NCBI GenBank assembly: GCA_026413945.1
Contig: JAOAJX010000003.1
Coordinates: 64,001-128,000 of the forward strand
Direction: 5' to 3'
Origin: Candidatus Iainarchaeum sp.
GTDB lineage: Archaea > Iainarchaeota > Iainarchaeia > Iainarchaeales > DTGL01
Length of the DNA: 64,000 nucleotides
Shown: positions 59,533-64,000 of the stretch, piece by piece
Position numbering within the stretch: position 1 is the stretch's first letter
How the letters are laid out: every line of letters starts with the position of its first letter
Position numbers and translations under genes: made by a program
Notes under the pieces: generated by a model
What the model was told of the DNA's origin: nothing
Databases searched by the model: none
Seen by the model: the letters and a program-made list of their open reading frames with translations, nothing else

Positions 59533-60057
59533 CTATTTTCTTCTTTTTACGCTTTCAGCGATTTCTTCATCAAGTTTTTTAAGTTCACTCTCACTTAATT
59601 CAAATTCGCTTTCTTTGCTTTTTCTCTCAAATAATATGAAATATGAGCCAAGCATCAAGGCATATCCAAAAATCAAAGTACCAGCCCCTAAAAGCATAAG
59701 AATTATTCCTTCCTCTAAAGAAGGGTTAAGCATTGCAAAGGCTATGCCACCAAAATAAAATAACGCGAAAACAATAAGCAGTATTTGAGCATATAACCTT
59801 CTTTTTTCGCTCACGAGCTTTTCGTCGTAAAAAGGCTTCAGGCCCTCTTTTCCTGAATTTTTAACGCAGCTTTTACAAAGGACGCCGTCTTCTGTTACAA
59901 ACAAGCATGCACCACAAACCGCTCTGCTGCAGTTAGGGCATTCGTAAATCGAAAGGTCAAATATTGGTGGAAAGCCACGATGCACAGAGCACCATGGATA
60001 TAAAATTTGCTTTCTAATTATAGACCATTTACTTTCAGGGTTTTTATCGTCACTCAT
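59533..60057 (-). CDS. B-box-like zinc finger membrane protein
   Basis: C..H...C..C...VC..C......LC..C followed by two TM helices. Confidence 0.65.
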   Translation of the reverse strand: MSDDKNPESKWSIIRKQILYPWCSVHRGFPPIFDLSIYECPNCSRAVCGACLFVTEDGVLCKSCVKNSGKEGLKPFYDEKLVSEKRRLYAQILLIVFALFYFGGIAFAMLNPSLEEGIILMLLGAGTLIFGYALMLGSYFILFERKSKESEFELSESELKKLDEEIAESVKRRK

Positions 60058-61247
60058 CTCAATGACCTAGCGAATTCCTCTATCTTGTTGAAGGCTTCTT
60101 CAAGGATATTTAATGGTGGTAGGATAACTATTCGGAAGTGTTTTGTGCCTTGCTTTTGCCCAAATCCAGAGCCATGTACAACACAGACGCCTTTTTCCCG
60201 CAACAAACCTAATGCAAATTCCTTATCATCTTTCACAGGAAGCTCTATTTTTGGAAATGCATAAAAAGCAGCATTCGGCTTTTGACAGCTTATACCTTTT
60301 ATTTCATTTAACCTTTTTACAGAATAATCGCGCCTCTTTCTTAGCTTTTTCACAGCATCCTTTATGTGCTTCTTGCTGCCTTCAAGAGCCGGCTTTATCG
60401 CATACTGAAATGGATGTACTGCACAGAGCCTAGCTCTTGCCAACCTTGAGATAGCATCCATTATGTCTGAATTTTGCAGCAGGAACTCGTTTGGCGCAAT
60501 CCAGCCCATTCGAAATCCGGTTGCTAAATAGTTTTTGCTAAGCCCATTTGCCACAATGACTGGGACATCTTTTGCTAAAGCCCCCATGCAATAATGCTTT
60601 TCTTTTTCATCGAGAAGAAGTTCATCATATATTTCATCAGAAAATATCACTAGCTTGTGCTCTGCCGCTATGCTTATGATTTCTTCGAGTGTTTTCTTGC
60701 TGTAATTCGTGCCTGTCGGATTGTTTGGGTTTATCACCACAATGGCTTTAGTTTTTTTGTCAATGTTCTTTCTTATACTCTCTATATCAGGCTGCCAACC
60801 TCTGCTCTCATCCAAATCATAATATTTTTCCTCTACATCATAAAAAGGCAAAGCTGCAGAATAAACTGGATAGCAGGGCCTTGGGAGAAGTATGCTTTCC
60901 CCAGGATTTGCAACGCAGCTCATAGCAAACCAAATCAACTCAGAGGATCCATTGCCAAGCAGCACATTTTCAGGTTCAACCCTCATCCCTTTTCTATTGA
61001 AATTCTCTGCGATTGCTTCTCGAGCCTCTTTTATACCCTCACTCGGCGCATAGCTCTCTCCTTTCTGCTTCGAATCAAAGACAGCTTTCCATAAGTGCTC
61101 CGGAGTTCGGAAGTCATATTTTAATGGATCCCCAATGTTTAAGTAGAGCACTTTTTTGCCCTGTTTTTCCAGTTTTGAGGCCTCCACTACAATATCTCTA
61201 ATTGCATATGAAACTTTCTCGGAACGTTTTGAAGCTTTGAAAAACAT
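60054..61247 (-). CDS. Aminotransferase class I/II (alanine aminotransferase-like)
   Basis: YAIRD, LNIGDP, INPNNPTG, SDEIYD, GLSK.Y..TG.R.GW. Confidence 0.93.
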   Translation of the reverse strand: MFFKASKRSEKVSYAIRDIVVEASKLEKQGKKVLYLNIGDPLKYDFRTPEHLWKAVFDSKQKGESYAPSEGIKEAREAIAENFNRKGMRVEPENVLLGNGSSELIWFAMSCVANPGESILLPRPCYPVYSAALPFYDVEEKYYDLDESRGWQPDIESIRKNIDKKTKAIVVINPNNPTGTNYSKKTLEEIISIAAEHKLVIFSDEIYDELLLDEKEKHYCMGALAKDVPVIVANGLSKNYLATGFRMGWIAPNEFLLQNSDIMDAISRLARARLCAVHPFQYAIKPALEGSKKHIKDAVKKLRKRRDYSVKRLNEIKGISCQKPNAAFYAFPKIELPVKDDKEFALGLLREKGVCVVHGSGFGQKQGTKHFRIVILPPLNILEEAFNKIEEFARSLR

Positions 61248-61336
61248 ATATGTTGAAAGAGATATCGAAAATTATTAAAAATAATGTGTTGTTATAGCGA
61301 GATGGCTATTTACTAAATAGTCCCTAATCTCTTTTT

Positions 61337-61783
61337 TCAAACATTTTGCAAGATTTCTATGCTGTTCTCCGTGTGATACTTAAGAATTAGCTTACAGATG
61401 GCTTTTTTTATCATCTGTTTAGGTGGATAGTTGTATATTTTACCTTTGTAAAAATACACTCTACAACCACACTTGCACTCCTTTGTAACATATTCTGAGG
61501 CCCCTCCGGTTTTATTAGCAATTTTTTCACATGGAATGCATCTATTTTTAGCGATTGTTTCTTGGATGTCTTCACCATTAATTCTAACTGTTGGGGACCC
61601 AACAAAATTAAATTTTTTGGCTTTATTCTCCGAGTCGATTATAATTTCTTCCACCTCTGCTTTCAACCCCAACTCCTTCAAGCTTTCTTTAACTAACTTC
61701 TTTGTTTTTACACACCATGGGCAATCTAAAAGGTACAATACCTGAATTTTTATTTTCGACTTTTTATCAGTAGTTTTTATCAT
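61337..61783 (-). CDS. Thioredoxin-like protein (DUF2703-like)
   Basis: YL.DCPWC, FVGSPTVRING.DI, C.CGCRVY.Y.G. Confidence 0.75.
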   Translation of the reverse strand: MIKTTDKKSKIKIQVLYLLDCPWCVKTKKLVKESLKELGLKAEVEEIIIDSENKAKKFNFVGSPTVRINGEDIQETIAKNRCIPCEKIANKTGGASEYVTKECKCGCRVYFYKGKIYNYPPKQMIKKAICKLILKYHTENSIEILQNV

Positions 61784-61837
61784 CCCTATCAGCTTTCCAC
61801 ATCGCAGTATATTGCTTTTGTATTTCTGAGTTTTTTT

Positions 61838-61899
61838 GGCTCAGGGTTGGATTGTCTCCTCATTGCTTGCGCTCTGCCGGTGTTAACCTCATCATTGCC
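61838..61899 (-). ncRNA. Box C/D methylation guide sRNA
   Basis: GGC-A-ATGATGA (C), 12-nt guide, CAGA (D'), 9-nt spacer, ATGAGGA (C'), 12-nt guide, CTGA (D), GCC; terminal GGC/GCC stem; intergenic. Confidence 0.88.
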
Positions 61900-62029
61900 G
61901 TAAAAATATTCCTCTGTAAGTCAATTAAAAATTATGTTTTGAGTTGAGCAACACCTTTATTTTTCCTGATCTGGGTGCTTTACTTTGCTCTTTTTAAATG
62001 GTACTTTATCTTTTACTTCAGCATATTTT

Positions 62030-62392
62030 TTATAGTGCCAAGATTTTTGGGTTCAGCAAAACGCCCGCCGCAAATGAAAAAGCGTTCATTGCCAGCGCAA
62101 GCATAAAAACTTCTTTTGGTTTTTTTTCGAGAGCATGCGAAAGCAGCAGGGTTTCTGCTGCCACAACAAAGGCCTCAACCGCAAGCAGAAAAATAAGGTT
62201 AATCTTTAGCAAACCAAGGTTATACACAAAAAGAACTATAAAGTTTGCCAGCGGATTTGTTGCCAGATTAACTAAAAAGATTACAATAAGCTCATGCCTT
62301 TGCCTGTATTTAAGCATCCAAGCTACAGTGAGCTCAATTACTTCAGTGAGAACTAATGCTATTGCAAAATCACTTATTGGCATTCTTTTCAC
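62030..62392 (-). CDS. Membrane protein
   Basis: LT..IE, VNL.TNP..N, E..VV..E, N..SF..G; four TM helices. Confidence 0.7.
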   Translation of the reverse strand: MKRMPISDFAIALVLTEVIELTVAWMLKYRQRHELIVIFLVNLATNPLANFIVLFVYNLGLLKINLIFLLAVEAFVVAAETLLLSHALEKKPKEVFMLALAMNAFSFAAGVLLNPKILAL

Positions 62393-62585
62393 TTTGCTTT
62401 GCCTGCGCCTTTTTTTGACCCTTTCTTTTACTCAGCAATATTATGACTATCACTATTATAACCGCTATCACAACGCCAATCACTGCAATTAGTGTCAAAT
62501 CAGCAGGAGTTGGCAGACCTATTAAATCCGCGAGTATATTTTGCAAAACTGCAAAGAACGCAGGCAAGAAAACAGAGTTTGCCAT
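62370..62585 (-). CDS. Small single-TM protein
   Basis: SD GGTGA; hydrophobic helix and basic tail; overlaps the next gene. Confidence 0.6.
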   Translation of the reverse strand: MANSVFLPAFFAVLQNILADLIGLPTPADLTLIAVIGVVIAVIIVIVIILLSKRKGQKKAQAKQSEKNANK

Positions 62586-62600
62586 GAAGATCACCAAATA

Positions 62601-63692
62601 TTAATATTCATCAGGTTTTATAATTCTTTCATATAACTTCAAGGCTAACAGGAGCACCATTGCGGAGACAAGCACAGAAAAAAAGACCGCCTCTTTGTTT
62701 CCAAAATAATTTCCAAACTCTGAAAAGAAAGGAAGCGCTCCTGCTAAAAGCGCCGTACATGCAAGCCCAAAAGACAGGCCAGGCCTTTTTTCAAGCAAGT
62801 TTGCTATTGCAACCAAAGTTATTGGCATAGTCATATTGAAAAGCAGTGCACCAATTAGGCCGGCTAATGCAAAATCCCAGCCAATATAAAGCAGAGGCGC
62901 GGAAACTACAAGGCCGGCGACACCTAGCCTTATCCAGCCAAACTTATCCCCCAGAACGCCGCCAATTGCTTTGCCAAGAGCTATGCAGAAAACAAGCGCC
63001 CACAAAAGAGCCTGGTTTCCTTTCCACGGAAAGTTCATTGCAAAGCCGATAAAGGACCTTGCAGCTATTGTGATAAGCAGCAGAGAAAGCCCTAGAACCA
63101 AAAAGTTTGACTTGTCAGGCCTTTGCTTTTCTGGAAATTTTTCAGGATTGTTAATTTTTGGCTGTGCCAGAAATAGAATCAATACAGCTGGCACAATGAG
63201 CATGCATGCAAAAATAAATTGATTGAAGAAGCCGCCTTTTCCTGCCAAGGTTCCAAGAAGCAAGCCAACTGCGCCAGGGGCAACAAAAAGCCCGGGTGCT
63301 GAGGCCTTTTTAGGAATAAGGTTCAATGAAATAACTCCACCCCCAATATGGAACAGTGCATTTCCAATGCCAGCAAAAAAGACGGCTGTTGCTGTCTGGG
63401 AAGACGGGATGAATATTGCAATTGCAGTAAGAAGTATGCCCAACAGAGCAATCTCTTTAGGCTTTTTCGTTATGTCTGCTATCCAACCAAATGGAAGCTG
63501 GAGACCAAATGCAAGAACATTGTATAATAAAATTAAGTATGCAAAATAAGGAAGATTATTTCCAAATGAACCAAAACCGCTGAATATTATCCCAGCGCAT
63601 GCAGCATCTACTGCAAAATGCAAAAAACCATACACGGAAAGGTTGCTACTAACCCCAAATAACTTTGACTTAACAAAAGAATTGACGCCCAC
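62601..63692 (-). CDS. MFS-like membrane protein
   Basis: About 12 TM; HF.VD, YN.LAF.LQ, GNALFH.GGG, GG.LGDKFG, FNMTMPIT. Confidence 0.75.
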   Translation of the reverse strand: MGVNSFVKSKLFGVSSNLSVYGFLHFAVDAACAGIIFSGFGSFGNNLPYFAYLILLYNVLAFGLQLPFGWIADITKKPKEIALLGILLTAIAIFIPSSQTATAVFFAGIGNALFHIGGGVISLNLIPKKASAPGLFVAPGAVGLLLGTLAGKGGFFNQFIFACMLIVPAVLILFLAQPKINNPEKFPEKQRPDKSNFLVLGLSLLLITIAARSFIGFAMNFPWKGNQALLWALVFCIALGKAIGGVLGDKFGWIRLGVAGLVVSAPLLYIGWDFALAGLIGALLFNMTMPITLVAIANLLEKRPGLSFGLACTALLAGALPFFSEFGNYFGNKEAVFFSVLVSAMVLLLALKLYERIIKPDEY

Positions 63693-63748
63693 GTAAAAAA
63701 ATTGTTTTTCTTGTTAAAAAAGCTATCCTTTACCTGAAGATTTTTACA

Positions 63749-64000
63749 TCATAAATACTCGCTTTTCTCGAAAAAATAAGCACCAACAAAAACAGCTATT
63801 AATGCAAAAAAAAGCGTTGCGCCAAAGCTTGTCATTATGCTGAACTCTGAAAACCCAGTAAGCGATGCCCTCAAGCCATCTACACCATATGTGAGAGGAT
63901 TGATATAAGAAATTATCTTTATTGGTTCTGGCAAACGATTAAGAGGAAAGAGCGCACCCGATAAAAAAAACAAAGGAAAAATAAAAAGGTTCATTATTAA
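63749..64000 (-). CDS. ABC-2 type transporter permease (3' part only)
   Basis: FPLFFLSGALFP...LP......INPLTYGVDGLR. Confidence 0.9.
   Translation of the reverse strand, partial: LIMNLFIFPLFFLSGALFPLNRLPEPIKIISYINPLTYGVDGLRASLTGFSEFSIMTSFGATLFFALIAVFVGAYFFEKSEYL

Overview
A gene-dense, AT-rich archaeal chromosomal segment. Evidence for archaeal origin: aRF1, L40e, FEN-1, Dph2/Dph6, aMBF1, an S-layer protein, AglH, DGGGP synthase and a tRNA intron with a bulge-helix-bulge motif. A DPANN lineage such as Iainarchaeota/Diapherotrites or Micrarchaeota is my inference from gene style, not demonstrated. About 60 CDS, mostly housekeeping (translation and RNA modification, purA/purB/pyrH/upp, ppsA, ftsZ, cysS), and six tRNAs (Glu, Asn, Leu, Ser, intron-containing Asp, Arg). 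I saw no integrase, transposase or CRISPR array. Items not explained by the ORF track or routine annotation: (1) a textbook box C/D guide sRNA at 61838-61899(-), with one guide matching the LSU rRNA A-loop region; (2) a divergent cassette of RimK ligase, catalytically degenerate RimK paralog, RimB-like aspartic protease and GNAT; (3) a HEAT-repeat protein fused to a nucleotidyltransferase, sharing a KPKP leader with another orphan; (4) an mTERF-like repeat protein head-to-head with an NSUN/RsmB methyltransferase; (5) a tetraether synthase (Tes) homolog; (6) a Cys-rich surface-protein gene split by a reconstructable 1-nt deletion; (7) a TSP3-repeat transglutaminase whose signal peptide has no canonical start codon; (8) a tRNA-Arg(CCG) with a tRNA-Glu-like body; (9) a candidate pseudoknotted RNA near 23630-23735. 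All calls come from reading motifs by eye; no searches were run.
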